Of a DNA stretch of 64,000 nucleotides, positions 40,490 through 49,865 are shown one piece after another; position 1 is the first letter of the stretch; the number at the start of each line of letters is the position of its first letter. Both the position numbers and the translations under genes were made by a program. The notes under the pieces were generated by a model. It saw only the letters and a program-made list of their open reading frames with translations, made no database searches and was not told the origin of the DNA. The DNA comes from an uncultured Desulfobacter sp. (GTDB lineage Bacteria; Desulfobacterota; Desulfobacteria; Desulfobacterales; Desulfobacteraceae): assembly GCA_963665095.1 (NCBI GenBank), contig OY762069.1, positions 6,752,001-6,816,000 on the forward strand. The letters are read 5' to 3'.

Positions 40490-41572
40490 ATGGGGCACTC
40501 TCTTATTGCATTTATCATCGTTATTGGTGTTTTGGTTTTTGTCCATGAACTGGGGCATTTTCTTGTGGCCAGGGCCTGTGGTGTGGGGGTTCAGGTCTTT
40601 TCTTTAGGATTTGGTCCAAAAATTTTTAAATTTACCCGGGGTATGACCGTATACTGTATCTCCGCCATTCCTTTGGGCGGATATGTGAAGATGACCGGGG
40701 AGGAACCCGGTGATGCCCACGCCCTTGACGAGAAAGACCTGCATCTGTCTTTTACACATAAAAGTGTGGGACAAAGGGCCTTGATTGCGGCAGCCGGTCC
40801 AGCATTCAATTTTCTTCTGGCCATTGTAATTTTTTACCTGCTCTACCAGTTTTCAGGGGTCTACATGGGCCTGCCAAAAGTAGGTCAGGTGGTGGCGGAT
40901 TCACCTGCCATGGCCGCAGGTATTCAGAAGAATGATGTGATAAGAGAGATTGACGGCGTATCTGTTGCTTCATTTGAAGATATCTCCCAACTGGTGGCAA
41001 AAAGTCAGGGCGATTCTCTGGAAATTCTTGTGCAGCGTGAAGGTGAGGTTAAATCTTTCTCACTGACACCCATGCCCCGTGGGGAAAAGAATCTGTTCGG
41101 CGAAACCGTGAACCGGTATGTGATCGGGATTATCGGGACCGGAGAAACATTTCACCAGCCGTTGACTGCCGTGGACGCGGCGGCAAGAGCGGTGGCCGAC
41201 ACCTACGGCATGGTGAAACTGACTCTGCTGTCAGTGGTCAAGATGATTGCCGGTAAAGTCTCTGCGGACAATTTGGGTGGTCCCATCATGATCGCCCAGA
41301 TGGCAGGGGAACAGGCCCGGGCCGGGTTTGAAAATTTTGTATGGTTCATCGCCCTGATTTCTGTGAATCTGGGTATCATCAACCTGTTTCCCATTCCGGT
41401 ACTGGACGGGGGGCACCTCTTATTTTTAAGTATGGAAGCGGTCATGGGACGCCCTGTAAGTACCCGGGTCCGTGAAAAGATGGTACAGTTCGGCGCAGCC
41501 GTGCTGATGACCTTAATGATCTTTGTTTTTTATAATGACATAGTAAAATTATTCAACGGTGGATTACAATGA
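40490..41572 (+). CDS. rseP: RIP metalloprotease RseP
   Basis: HELGH, PDZ region, NLFPIPVLDGG. Confidence 0.96.
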   Translation: MGHSLIAFIIVIGVLVFVHELGHFLVARACGVGVQVFSLGFGPKIFKFTRGMTVYCISAIPLGGYVKMTGEEPGDAHALDEKDLHLSFTHKSVGQRALIAAAGPAFNFLLAIVIFYLLYQFSGVYMGLPKVGQVVADSPAMAAGIQKNDVIREIDGVSVASFEDISQLVAKSQGDSLEILVQREGEVKSFSLTPMPRGEKNLFGETVNRYVIGIIGTGETFHQPLTAVDAAARAVADTYGMVKLTLLSVVKMIAGKVSADNLGGPIMIAQMAGEQARAGFENFVWFIALISVNLGIINLFPIPVLDGGHLLFLSMEAVMGRPVSTRVREKMVQFGAAVLMTLMIFVFYNDIVKLFNGGLQ

Positions 41573-44568
41573 TTTCCAACATCGAAATCACATTAAAACG
41601 GGATTTGAGGGATGCAGAGGGTGAGGCCCTGGTCAAAAAGGCCCAATCCTACTTTGGCATTAAAATAGATCAGGCTCGGTGCATTAATATCGTGACCGTT
41701 GAGGCGGACCTGGATAACGAAGCCCTGGAAAAAATACGCAAAGAGGTGTTCACCAACCCGGTGACACAGGTCTCCAGCCTTGATCCACTGGATATTGAGT
41801 TCGATTTCTGTATCTGGATCGGCTATCGCCCCGGTGTCCGGGACAATGCCGGGGCTACAGCTGTGGAGGCGGTCAGGGATCTGCTGAAGAAAGACTTTTC
41901 CACAGACCAGGGTATTTATACCTCAAAGCGGTATTGCCTCACAGGGCCAGGGCTCACCCGGGAAGATGCTGAAAAGATCGCCTGTGAGATTTTATCCAAC
42001 AGCATTATCCAACAGTATAAGGTTTTCACAAAAGATCTGTGGGATAAGAAGACCGGTGCCGGTGTGACGCCTGCGAAAGTAATCCTTGACCATGAACCCT
42101 CCTTTGATGTGGTGGATATCGACACGGATGAAACCCTGGCCAGGATTTCCTTTGAGCGCAGTCTTTCTTTGAACGCAAAAGATATCCCGGTGATCCGGGA
42201 ATATTTTCTGGATAAAAAGGTGCTTGCTGACCGCGAAACAGTGGGGCTTTCCAAACCAACGGATGTGGAGCTTGAGTATATCTCCCAGGCCAGATCCGAC
42301 CATTGCTGCCACACCACCTTTAACGGTATTTTCCGGTACACGGACACTGAAACCGGTGAAACTGCCGTGGAAAATTCTTTATTTAAGACATACATCAAAG
42401 AACCGACCCTGGCGCTTAAGGAGACCAGGGAGTGGGTGGTTTCCGTCCTCTGGGATAATGCGGGCGTAGGGGCTTTTGATGATGAAAATAACTATGTGAT
42501 CACCGGAGAGACCCATAACTCTCCTTCCAATATGGAAGCTTACGGCGGTGCCATTACAGGCATTGTCGGTGTTTACCGTGATCCCATGGGAACAGGTCTT
42601 GGCTCCAAGCTTTTTATGGGCAGTTTCGGGTTCTGTGTGGGCGACGTCAACTATCAGGGGCCATTGAAACCGCCGCTTCATCCAAGACGCCTGCTTGACG
42701 GGGTGATCGAAGGGGTCAAGGATGGAGGAAACAAAAGCGGGGTGCCCACCACCTTTGGGCAGACCCTGTTTGATCCTGGATTTATGGGAAAGGCCCTGGT
42801 GTTTGTGACAGCACTGGGCATTATGCCTAAAACCATAGCCGGCCGTCCCAGCCATGAAAAGACCACCTCGCCGGGGGAGTTGATCATCATGAGTGGGGGT
42901 CGGGTGGGCAAAGATGGCATCCACGGGGTGACAGCCTCATCCAAGAGCTACTCGGAAAACACACCTGCCGGGCACGTCCAGATCGGAGATCCCTATACCC
43001 AGAAAAAAATGCATGATTTCCTGCTGATATGCAATGATGAAGGCCTGATTACTTTTATTACAGATAATGGGGGCGGTGGCCTCTCCTCATCAGTGGGAGA
43101 ATCGGCCATGCTGTCCAACGGCTGCGAAGTGTGGCTGGATAAAGTGCCTTTGAAATATGAGGGCCTGGACATGTGGGAGATCTGGATTTCCGAGTCCCAG
43201 GAGCGCATGACCATTGCCATCAAGCCGGAAAATCTGGATCGATTCATGGCGCTTTCCGACCTGCACGAAGTAGAATCCACCGTGATCGGCAAATATACCG
43301 ACTCCGGCAAGCTGCACATAAAATATCATGATCAGACCTGTGCTTATGTGGACATGGATCTTCTGGATAAGGGGTTTCCAGCCTGGGAGTTTGATGCGGT
43401 GTGGACAGCCCCGGCGTTCCGGGGTCTGGCCGAGCCCGTTATCTCCAGCCCCACCAATTTCAATGCCGTGCTTGAGGCAATGCTGGCCCGGCCCAATATC
43501 TGTTCCAAAGAGTGGATCATGCGCCAGTATGACCATGAGGTCCAGGGTGGTTCCGTGGTTAAGCCCCTTTCCGGTGTCAAGCGCAATATCCCGTCGGATG
43601 CATCTGTGACCCGGCCGGTGCTCACCAGCAACCGTGGGCTTGCATTTTCCCAGAGCATTCTACCCTGGTATTCAAAAATTGACGCCTTTCACATGATGAC
43701 CTGCACCATTGATGAGGCGGTTCGCCGGTTGATTTCCGTGGGAGGTACCCTGGACCATATCGGCGGGGTGGATAATTTCTGCTGGCCTGATATCGGGTAT
43801 GATGCTGCCTCCAACCCGGACGGAAAATTTAAGGCAGCCCAGCTCGTCAGAGCCTGTCGGGCGCTCAAGGAGGCCTGTGTGGCCTATGGGGTACCGTTGC
43901 TTTCAGGCAAGGATTCCATGTATGTGGACGGTCATCTGGAGGGGCAATTTGGTGAACGGATCAAGGTATCAGCCCTGGAAACCGTACAATTTTCAGCGGT
44001 TTCACTGGTCAGTGATATCAGCAGGTGTGTGACCCTGGAGCCCAAGTGCGCCAATGATCTGGTCTATGTCATGGGAAATACGGCAGATGAACTGGGCGCT
44101 TCGGAGTACTATGAGATGTTCGGCAAAATCGGACTCAATGTTCCGCAGGTGGATTTTTCAAAGTTCAAGGTCGTATATCGGGCCCTGGAGAAAGCGGTTG
44201 AAAAAGAACTTCTGGCCTCCTGCCATGCCGTGGGCCGCGGCGGATTAGGGGTGCACTTAAGCCTGCTTACCATGGCAGGCGGACTTGGACTGGATATTGA
44301 TCTTGTCGGTCTGCCCGTGGTCGTGGACAGGGCATTGGCGTTTGAAAAATTGCTGTTTTCAGAATCGGCCGGACGTCTTATTGTCACGGTGAATCCGGAA
44401 AACAGGGCAACATTTGAAAAACTTTGCAAGGGGCTGCCCTGTGCCTGTATCGGCACTGTGACAGACAGCCATGATCGGCTCAGGATAAAAGGCGCGGACG
44501 CTTCTGTGGATCTGCCGGTTTCAGCCCTTGAAGCAGCATTTAACAAGACCTTTGGAGAGATGATATGA
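41569..44568 (+). CDS. purL: FGAM synthase synthetase subunit with N-terminal PurS-like extension
   Basis: SDHCCH, ETHNSPS, D.GGGG, SESQERM, LLFSES. Confidence 0.93.
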   Translation: MISNIEITLKRDLRDAEGEALVKKAQSYFGIKIDQARCINIVTVEADLDNEALEKIRKEVFTNPVTQVSSLDPLDIEFDFCIWIGYRPGVRDNAGATAVEAVRDLLKKDFSTDQGIYTSKRYCLTGPGLTREDAEKIACEILSNSIIQQYKVFTKDLWDKKTGAGVTPAKVILDHEPSFDVVDIDTDETLARISFERSLSLNAKDIPVIREYFLDKKVLADRETVGLSKPTDVELEYISQARSDHCCHTTFNGIFRYTDTETGETAVENSLFKTYIKEPTLALKETREWVVSVLWDNAGVGAFDDENNYVITGETHNSPSNMEAYGGAITGIVGVYRDPMGTGLGSKLFMGSFGFCVGDVNYQGPLKPPLHPRRLLDGVIEGVKDGGNKSGVPTTFGQTLFDPGFMGKALVFVTALGIMPKTIAGRPSHEKTTSPGELIIMSGGRVGKDGIHGVTASSKSYSENTPAGHVQIGDPYTQKKMHDFLLICNDEGLITFITDNGGGGLSSSVGESAMLSNGCEVWLDKVPLKYEGLDMWEIWISESQERMTIAIKPENLDRFMALSDLHEVESTVIGKYTDSGKLHIKYHDQTCAYVDMDLLDKGFPAWEFDAVWTAPAFRGLAEPVISSPTNFNAVLEAMLARPNICSKEWIMRQYDHEVQGGSVVKPLSGVKRNIPSDASVTRPVLTSNRGLAFSQSILPWYSKIDAFHMMTCTIDEAVRRLISVGGTLDHIGGVDNFCWPDIGYDAASNPDGKFKAAQLVRACRALKEACVAYGVPLLSGKDSMYVDGHLEGQFGERIKVSALETVQFSAVSLVSDISRCVTLEPKCANDLVYVMGNTADELGASEYYEMFGKIGLNVPQVDFSKFKVVYRALEKAVEKELLASCHAVGRGGLGVHLSLLTMAGGLGLDIDLVGLPVVVDRALAFEKLLFSESAGRLIVTVNPENRATFEKLCKGLPCACIGTVTDSHDRLRIKGADASVDLPVSALEAAFNKTFGEMI

Positions 44569-45392
44569 GCGGGAACAGCGAGGTGAAGGCGCTGGTACTC
44601 ACCGGATTCGGCCTGAACTGTGATTACGAGACAGCCTATGCGTTTGAGCAGGCAGGGGCCACAGCCCACAGGGTGCATATCAACACCCTGATCCGAAGGG
44701 ATGTCAGTCTTGAGGATTTCCAGATCCTTGCGTTCGGCGGCGGGTTTTCCTGGGGGGATGATCATGGGGCCGGCGTCATCCAGGCGCTGAAGCTGAAAAA
44801 TAATATTGGAAAAGACCTTTTGGATTTTGTCGCTGCGGGGAAACTGGTAATCGGGATCTGTAACGGATTCCAGGCACTGGTGAATTTAGGCCTTCTGCCC
44901 GGGCTGGATCAGGATTATACCCAGCGGTCCGTGGCCATTACATATAATGACTGCGGCAATTTCCGGGACCAGTGGGTCCGGATGGTGCCTGATGCGCAAA
45001 GTCCCTGTGTATTCACCAAAGGCTTAGGCGTGTCCGATTATCCCATACGTCACGGAGAGGGCAAGCTTGTGGCAGATCCGCAGGTGATTAAGTGCCTTGC
45101 GGCCAACCATCAGGTGGTATTCCGGTATGCAGATAATGAAGGAAAGCCCGCAAATGGCGTGTTTCCCTTTAATCCCAACGGGGCAGTGGATGATATTGCC
45201 GGCATCTGTGACCCCACAGGCCGGATTTTCGGTCTTATGCCGCATCCTGAAGGATATAACCATGTGACCAACCATCCGGACTGGCCCAGGCTCAAAGAGA
45301 TGGCAAAACGCAGAGGGGAATCTTTGGAACAACGTGTGACCACCGGCATCCGGCTCTTTGAAAATGGTGTGAATTATATCCGGAACCTGTAG
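44565..45392 (+). CDS. purQ: FGAM synthase glutaminase subunit
   Basis: GGFSWGD, GICNGFQ, GLMPHPE. Confidence 0.95.
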   Translation: MSGNSEVKALVLTGFGLNCDYETAYAFEQAGATAHRVHINTLIRRDVSLEDFQILAFGGGFSWGDDHGAGVIQALKLKNNIGKDLLDFVAAGKLVIGICNGFQALVNLGLLPGLDQDYTQRSVAITYNDCGNFRDQWVRMVPDAQSPCVFTKGLGVSDYPIRHGEGKLVADPQVIKCLAANHQVVFRYADNEGKPANGVFPFNPNGAVDDIAGICDPTGRIFGLMPHPEGYNHVTNHPDWPRLKEMAKRRGESLEQRVTTGIRLFENGVNYIRNL

Positions 45393-45398
45393 TTTTGA

Positions 45399-45435
45399 CG
45401 GTCCATCCGCAAAGATCCCATTTGTGGATGGACTC
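45399..45435. repeat. Short TIR-only hairpin / mini-MITE
   Basis: GTCCATCCGCAAA-GATCCCA-TTTGTGGATGGAC flanked by TGA on both sides; related half-site GAGCCCATCCACAAA at 46209-46223. Confidence 0.5.
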
Positions 45436-45508
45436 TGACCATGTCCCGATACCCTAGTCCCGATCATTATAAACAATTATTGATACATTTTAGTTGAGAA
45501 CACTGAAC

Positions 45509-46204
45509 ATGCTGGGAACATTTGTCAATTTTTTTGCCATTCTTGCCGGTACGGCTGTGGGGCTGCTCTTTCGAAACGGCATCCCGGAAAAGTATAACAA
45601 TACGGTACTGCAGGCCATTGCCCTTTCCGTGATCCTCATCGGGTTAAAAAGTGCGCTGGGCTGCCCCGATGTGCTGGTGATCATCATCAGTATGGCTGTG
45701 GGGGCGATTCTCGGTGAATTCATTGGCGTTGAGGCCCATCTGAAAAACTTAGGCGATTTTCTGGAAGAGAAATTTACAGATCCGGAAGCCACAACCCCCT
45801 CTTTGTCCACTGCCTTTGTCACGGCATCACTGTTGTTCTGTGTGGGGTCCATGGCCATTGTCGGCTCCCTTGAAAGCGGTCTGACCGGCAACCATGCCAC
45901 CTTGTTTGCCAAATCGTTCCTGGATGGTGTGACTTCCATTATTTTGACGGCCTCTCTGGGTATAGGGGTGGGGCTGTCTGCTGTGGCGGTTCTTGTTTAC
46001 CAGGGGGCAATTACGCTTGCGGCAGGCATCATGAAGCCATACCTGATTCCATCTGTTGTCAGCCAGATGTCCGGGGCAGGGGGGTTGCTCATTGCCGCCA
46101 TCGGGTTAAACATGATCCGTGAAAAAAAGATTGCTGTGGGCAATATGCTGCCTGCCATATTTTTGCCGCTGATCTATTATTTTGTTACCACCTTATTTAC
46201 GTAA
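45509..46204 (+). CDS. DUF554 family membrane protein
   Basis: SLLFCVGSMAIVGSLESGL, KSFLDG. Confidence 0.88.
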   Translation: MLGTFVNFFAILAGTAVGLLFRNGIPEKYNNTVLQAIALSVILIGLKSALGCPDVLVIIISMAVGAILGEFIGVEAHLKNLGDFLEEKFTDPEATTPSLSTAFVTASLLFCVGSMAIVGSLESGLTGNHATLFAKSFLDGVTSIILTASLGIGVGLSAVAVLVYQGAITLAAGIMKPYLIPSVVSQMSGAGGLLIAAIGLNMIREKKIAVGNMLPAIFLPLIYYFVTTLFT

Positions 46205-46235
46205 TTAAGAGCCCATCCACAAACAGAGGTGTTTT

Positions 46236-46898
46236 ATGCCAGTGGATATTGCGTTTTTTCTGGAGACATTAAAACAGGAGGTTGAGAACTATCAGGTGCC
46301 GGTGGTGGACCTGATTGCTGTTCAGACCAATTCCCCTTTCAAAGTCCTTGTGGCCACCATCCTGTCGGCCAGGACCAAGGACGAGGTCACCGCTGCTGCT
46401 GCCGGAAGACTTCTTGAGGCTGCCCCGGATTCTGCAACCTTAAAACACCTGTCTGTACCGCGTATCCGGGAATTGATTTATCCTGTGGGGTTTTACAAAT
46501 CCAAGGCCGAGTATCTTGCCAAGCTGCCGGCTGCCCTGGACACCTTTGGGGGGCAAGTGCCTGATGAGATTGATGACCTTGTCACCCTGCCGGGTGTGGG
46601 GCGTAAAACTGCCAATCTGGTCCGGGCCGTGGCCTTTGGCAAAGATGCCATCTGTGTGGATACCCATGTCCACCGGATCATGAATATCTGGGGGTATGTC
46701 AAAACCCGCACCCCCCTTGATACGGAAAAAGCTTTAAGGAAAAAGCTGCCGAAAAAGTACTGGCAGGAGGTCAACCGGATTCTGGTGACATTTGGCCAGG
46801 GAACCTGCCGGCCAGTGGGGCCTCATTGCTATCGCTGTGTCCTTGAAAAATATTGCCCTCAAAAAGGGGTCCGTCCGGCAAAATCGCCAAAAAAATGA
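46236..46898 (+). CDS. nth: Endonuclease III
   Basis: HhH LPGVGRKTANL, VDTHVHRI, C-x6-C-x2-C-x5-C. Confidence 0.95.
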   Translation: MPVDIAFFLETLKQEVENYQVPVVDLIAVQTNSPFKVLVATILSARTKDEVTAAAAGRLLEAAPDSATLKHLSVPRIRELIYPVGFYKSKAEYLAKLPAALDTFGGQVPDEIDDLVTLPGVGRKTANLVRAVAFGKDAICVDTHVHRIMNIWGYVKTRTPLDTEKALRKKLPKKYWQEVNRILVTFGQGTCRPVGPHCYRCVLEKYCPQKGVRPAKSPKK

Positions 46899-46998
46899 TT
46901 GGGAGGAAGCTCTCTCAAAATTAGTTTCTGAGATGGGTTTTAAACCCCGGCCGGCCTATGAGCTGAATATTTCCTTATCTGCTGCTGACAGTTAACTT

Positions 46999-48156
46999 TC
47001 AATTTTGCATAATATGGGGACAGGTTTTTCCCATAATATCCTCAGGAGTATAGGCCTTTAAAATTTCTTTGATTCTATCTGTGGTATCAGGCCTGTCAAA
47101 AGGACTTTCCCAGAACAGCAGCCCTGTCTTAAATTCCGGACAAAGTGCTTTGTTTAATGCCTCTTTGATTAAGATGCTGTCAATCTCTGCCTGAATCATA
47201 TGCCCGGGGTTGTCCCTGAATCTGATCCTGTCACCCACCGAGACCACAGGGGTTTTCATCCGGGCACCAAGTACCACGCATTCATCGGTATTGCCCAAGA
47301 CTGCCTGGGCATGTGCCATTGCAGAAGCAATCTCAGAATCGGACTGGATGAAAGTGCAATGCCTGGAAGATGGAGATAAATACTTATCCATTTCCGCTCT
47401 CATAATTCGGCCAAAGCCTTTGGGGCCAGGCTCCAGACAAACCAGCGCATATTTTTTAAAAAGTGGGTCACTGACAACAGACATCACTGATGCCATCATG
47501 GCGGCATTTCTGGAACCAAGACTGCGGTCCGGCACCATGGAGATAAAGAGAAAGGGGCTTACCGGATCCTTTAATGCCGGGATACAGTCAGTATCAGGTG
47601 TTTCGGTGGAACCATTCAAAGGGGTTGCGCTCAGGGTGCCGACATTAAACACCCTGTCCGGATGTTCACCAAATCCAATCACCCGTTTACGGTATGTTTC
47701 TGTCGCCGTAAAATGCAGATTTGCAATTTTGGCAATACCCAGGCAGAAGTTATTCTCAAACGGTCCAAATTGCCTTTCTCCCCCATTTATGTGTGCCACC
47801 GGAATGTCATTGAGGCAGGCCGCCACAGCTGCTGAGAATGCCTCATGGGTATTGCCGGTCACCACGACAATATCCGGGGAAATGGTTTTCAGGGCTAAAT
47901 AAAGGCCATCCCTGGAAATTTTACTGGCTTTACAGGGGCTTTTACCGGCATGCACCCGGATGTCAAGACATTCCCAGGGCTCGTCGGCATTGGACGACAC
48001 CATGGCTGAATACTGAATTTCCATATCCGGGCCAAGGTGCCGGCATGAAGTAAGAACGCTCAGTTCAAGGGTTTCGTCTTCTTGAATGGCGTTAATTAAG
48101 GGGATCAGCCTGGGGGCCGGTGCCAGTGTGTCTGAAATAATGCAAATTCTTTTCAT
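46999..48156 (-). CDS. NeuC-like UDP-GlcNAc 2-epimerase homolog with degenerate active site
   Basis: IPVAHINGGE, HFTATETYRKRVI.FGE.P.RVFNVG, VGDR retained; key motifs altered. Confidence 0.8.
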   Translation of the reverse strand: MKRICIISDTLAPAPRLIPLINAIQEDETLELSVLTSCRHLGPDMEIQYSAMVSSNADEPWECLDIRVHAGKSPCKASKISRDGLYLALKTISPDIVVVTGNTHEAFSAAVAACLNDIPVAHINGGERQFGPFENNFCLGIAKIANLHFTATETYRKRVIGFGEHPDRVFNVGTLSATPLNGSTETPDTDCIPALKDPVSPFLFISMVPDRSLGSRNAAMMASVMSVVSDPLFKKYALVCLEPGPKGFGRIMRAEMDKYLSPSSRHCTFIQSDSEIASAMAHAQAVLGNTDECVVLGARMKTPVVSVGDRIRFRDNPGHMIQAEIDSILIKEALNKALCPEFKTGLLFWESPFDRPDTTDRIKEILKAYTPEDIMGKTCPHIMQN

Positions 48157-48237
48157 GGGCCTCTTTCATCCTTGAAACAGGTGACTGGGAAAAACTTTCC
48201 TGATATGCACCTGAAATTAACCTTGAATATGATTTAT

Positions 48238-48253
48238 AGCAGATTGCGTGCCG
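48238..48253 (-). promoter_or_regulatory. Putative sigma-54 promoter for the neuC-like gene
   Basis: Minus strand CGGCACGCAATCTGCT: GG-N10-GC with GGCACG, about 80 bp upstream of ATG. Confidence 0.65.
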
Positions 48254-48305
48254 GCGTGATTTTCATCAAATGCCTGATGGGGAAGTTGCAGATAGATCTA
48301 AACAC

Positions 48306-48344
48306 AAAAAAAAGCCCCGGACAGGTTTGGATCCTGTCCGGGGC
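48306..48344 (-). terminator. Strong intrinsic terminator
   Basis: GCCCCGGACAGG / CCTGTCCGGGGC 12-bp stem with 8 U on the minus strand. Confidence 0.88.
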
Positions 48345-48367
48345 GGGTTGTCTGTTAAAGGGGCTTT

Positions 48368-48607
48368 CTATTGAAGCTGCTCTTTCATGGTAATATCATG
48401 CCGCCGTTCCTGAACGGTCTTCTTTCCAAGCTTTCTATCTTGGCCTTCGGAATAGGGTGATGTGCAAAATTTTTTAAGTTTCTCCACGTTACCCTCAAGG
48501 TCCATGCGCCGAATGGATGAAAGGCCTTCAATGCAACTATTATATTTTCTGTTAAGTTTCCGTTTTACTTTAATTTCCTGGTGCCGTCTGACTGCTCTGT
48601 CTCTCAT
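48368..48607 (-). CDS. Small basic hypothetical protein (79 aa)
   Basis: AAGGAG SD, own terminator; MRDRAVRRHQ...KTVQERR. Confidence 0.7.
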   Translation of the reverse strand: MRDRAVRRHQEIKVKRKLNRKYNSCIEGLSSIRRMDLEGNVEKLKKFCTSPYSEGQDRKLGKKTVQERRHDITMKEQLQ

Positions 48608-48745
48608 ATGTCAGGCTCCTTTCATATAATAGTGTAACAGATATAACTTCAAGCCACCTTTGTCTTGTTTAACAAAGGGTAACCCATAGTTTTGAGTATA
48701 AGCAGTCTATTTGCCTTTGACAAGAGGCAGGTGGAGATACGGTCA

Positions 48746-49657
48746 CTACCCCTTGTGTACAAGGGCTTTAAGAATGTGACTTACCATGGCCGGGTTCTCC
48801 TTGAGCCGGCGGGTGGAGTATCCGAACCACTGTTCTCCAAAGGGAACATACACCCGCATTCTGTGACCATTCTGCACAAGCTCCTGGCGTTTTTTCGGTG
48901 TCACACCATAAAGCATCTGGAATTCATATTTGTTTTTTGACACCTGGTATTTGTCGATCAGGTCAAGGGCGCCTTTGATCAGGGGGGCATCATGGGTGGC
49001 AATGGCGGCATATACCCCGTTTTTGAACATAAATTCGAGATCCTCAAGAAAATGGGCATTGATTTCGTGGTACTGCTTGTAGGCAATTTCTGCCGGTTCC
49101 ACATAAATACCTTTAACCAGTCGGAAGTTTAAGTCCGCGTCATCACGGCGCAGATCCAGCATGGCGTCAATATCCCCGATGGTCCTTTTTAAATATGCCT
49201 GGAGAACCAGGCCGATATTTTGGGGGAATTCCTGCTTCAGGCGACGGAATATATCAATGGAGTCATCAACACAGGGGGAATCTTCCATGTCAATGCGGAT
49301 AAAGTTGCCATGGGAGGCTGCTTCTGCGGTCATTTCACGGATGAACTCGAAGCAGGCCTGTTTGTCAATGAGCAGGCCGAACATGGTGGGTTTAACAGAG
49401 TAGTTGCCGTTAATACCGGCCGCCTCAATGGTACGGATCAGATTTAGGTAATCATCCCTGTTTTTTTCAGCCTGGGACAGGGTTTGAATAAATTCCCCGA
49501 GAATATCCAAGGTCACCATGACATTTTCCTGATTCAGGGCCTGGGAAACAGTAATGGCATCTTTGATACTCTCACCGGCAATATAGCTTTTGGAAAACTG
49601 CCAGATCAATTTCGGGGGGAAATGGGGCAGCATCTGGCTGATAATTTTATTTAACAT
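48746..49657 (-). CDS. Monofunctional proline dehydrogenase
   Basis: RIDMED, VLQAYLKRT, RLVKGIY.E, ATHD, EFQMLYG, YVPFG..W..Y..RRL.E. Confidence 0.93.
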   Translation of the reverse strand: MLNKIISQMLPHFPPKLIWQFSKSYIAGESIKDAITVSQALNQENVMVTLDILGEFIQTLSQAEKNRDDYLNLIRTIEAAGINGNYSVKPTMFGLLIDKQACFEFIREMTAEAASHGNFIRIDMEDSPCVDDSIDIFRRLKQEFPQNIGLVLQAYLKRTIGDIDAMLDLRRDDADLNFRLVKGIYVEPAEIAYKQYHEINAHFLEDLEFMFKNGVYAAIATHDAPLIKGALDLIDKYQVSKNKYEFQMLYGVTPKKRQELVQNGHRMRVYVPFGEQWFGYSTRRLKENPAMVSHILKALVHKG

Positions 49658-49678
49658 GATAATCTCCTGATGTTTTTA

Positions 49679-49697
49679 TTAATGGTTTAACCATTAA
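49679..49697. promoter_or_regulatory. Palindromic operator (FadR/GntR-like)
   Basis: TTAATGGTT-T-AACCATTAA, perfect 9-bp arms. Confidence 0.7.
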
Positions 49698-49708
49698 ACT
49701 TTAATTGA

Positions 49709-49737
49709 ACTATGTAAGTATTTTGGTACGTTGTCAA
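49709..49737 (-). promoter_or_regulatory. Putative sigma-70 promoter of proline dehydrogenase
   Basis: TTGACA-17 bp-CATAGT on minus strand. Confidence 0.6.
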
Positions 49738-49865
49738 GATTTTCTTTCAGTATAATTCCATGATTTTTACCGTAACGCAGCCGTTGCAGATATATGGACA
49801 GCCAATGAAACAGGAAAAACTGCCAAAAAGGTATTGTTGGCTCTGTCTGGCACAGGGGGGGGATA

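Noticed and set aside
41569..44568. Intermediate-length PurL (999 aa) with separate PurQ
   Set aside because: A known architecture in this group; not unusual.
46209..46943. nth as cargo of a non-autonomous transposon bounded by TAA
   Set aside because: Right-hand end is too diverged and has its own local pairing partner; nth looks like a core gene.
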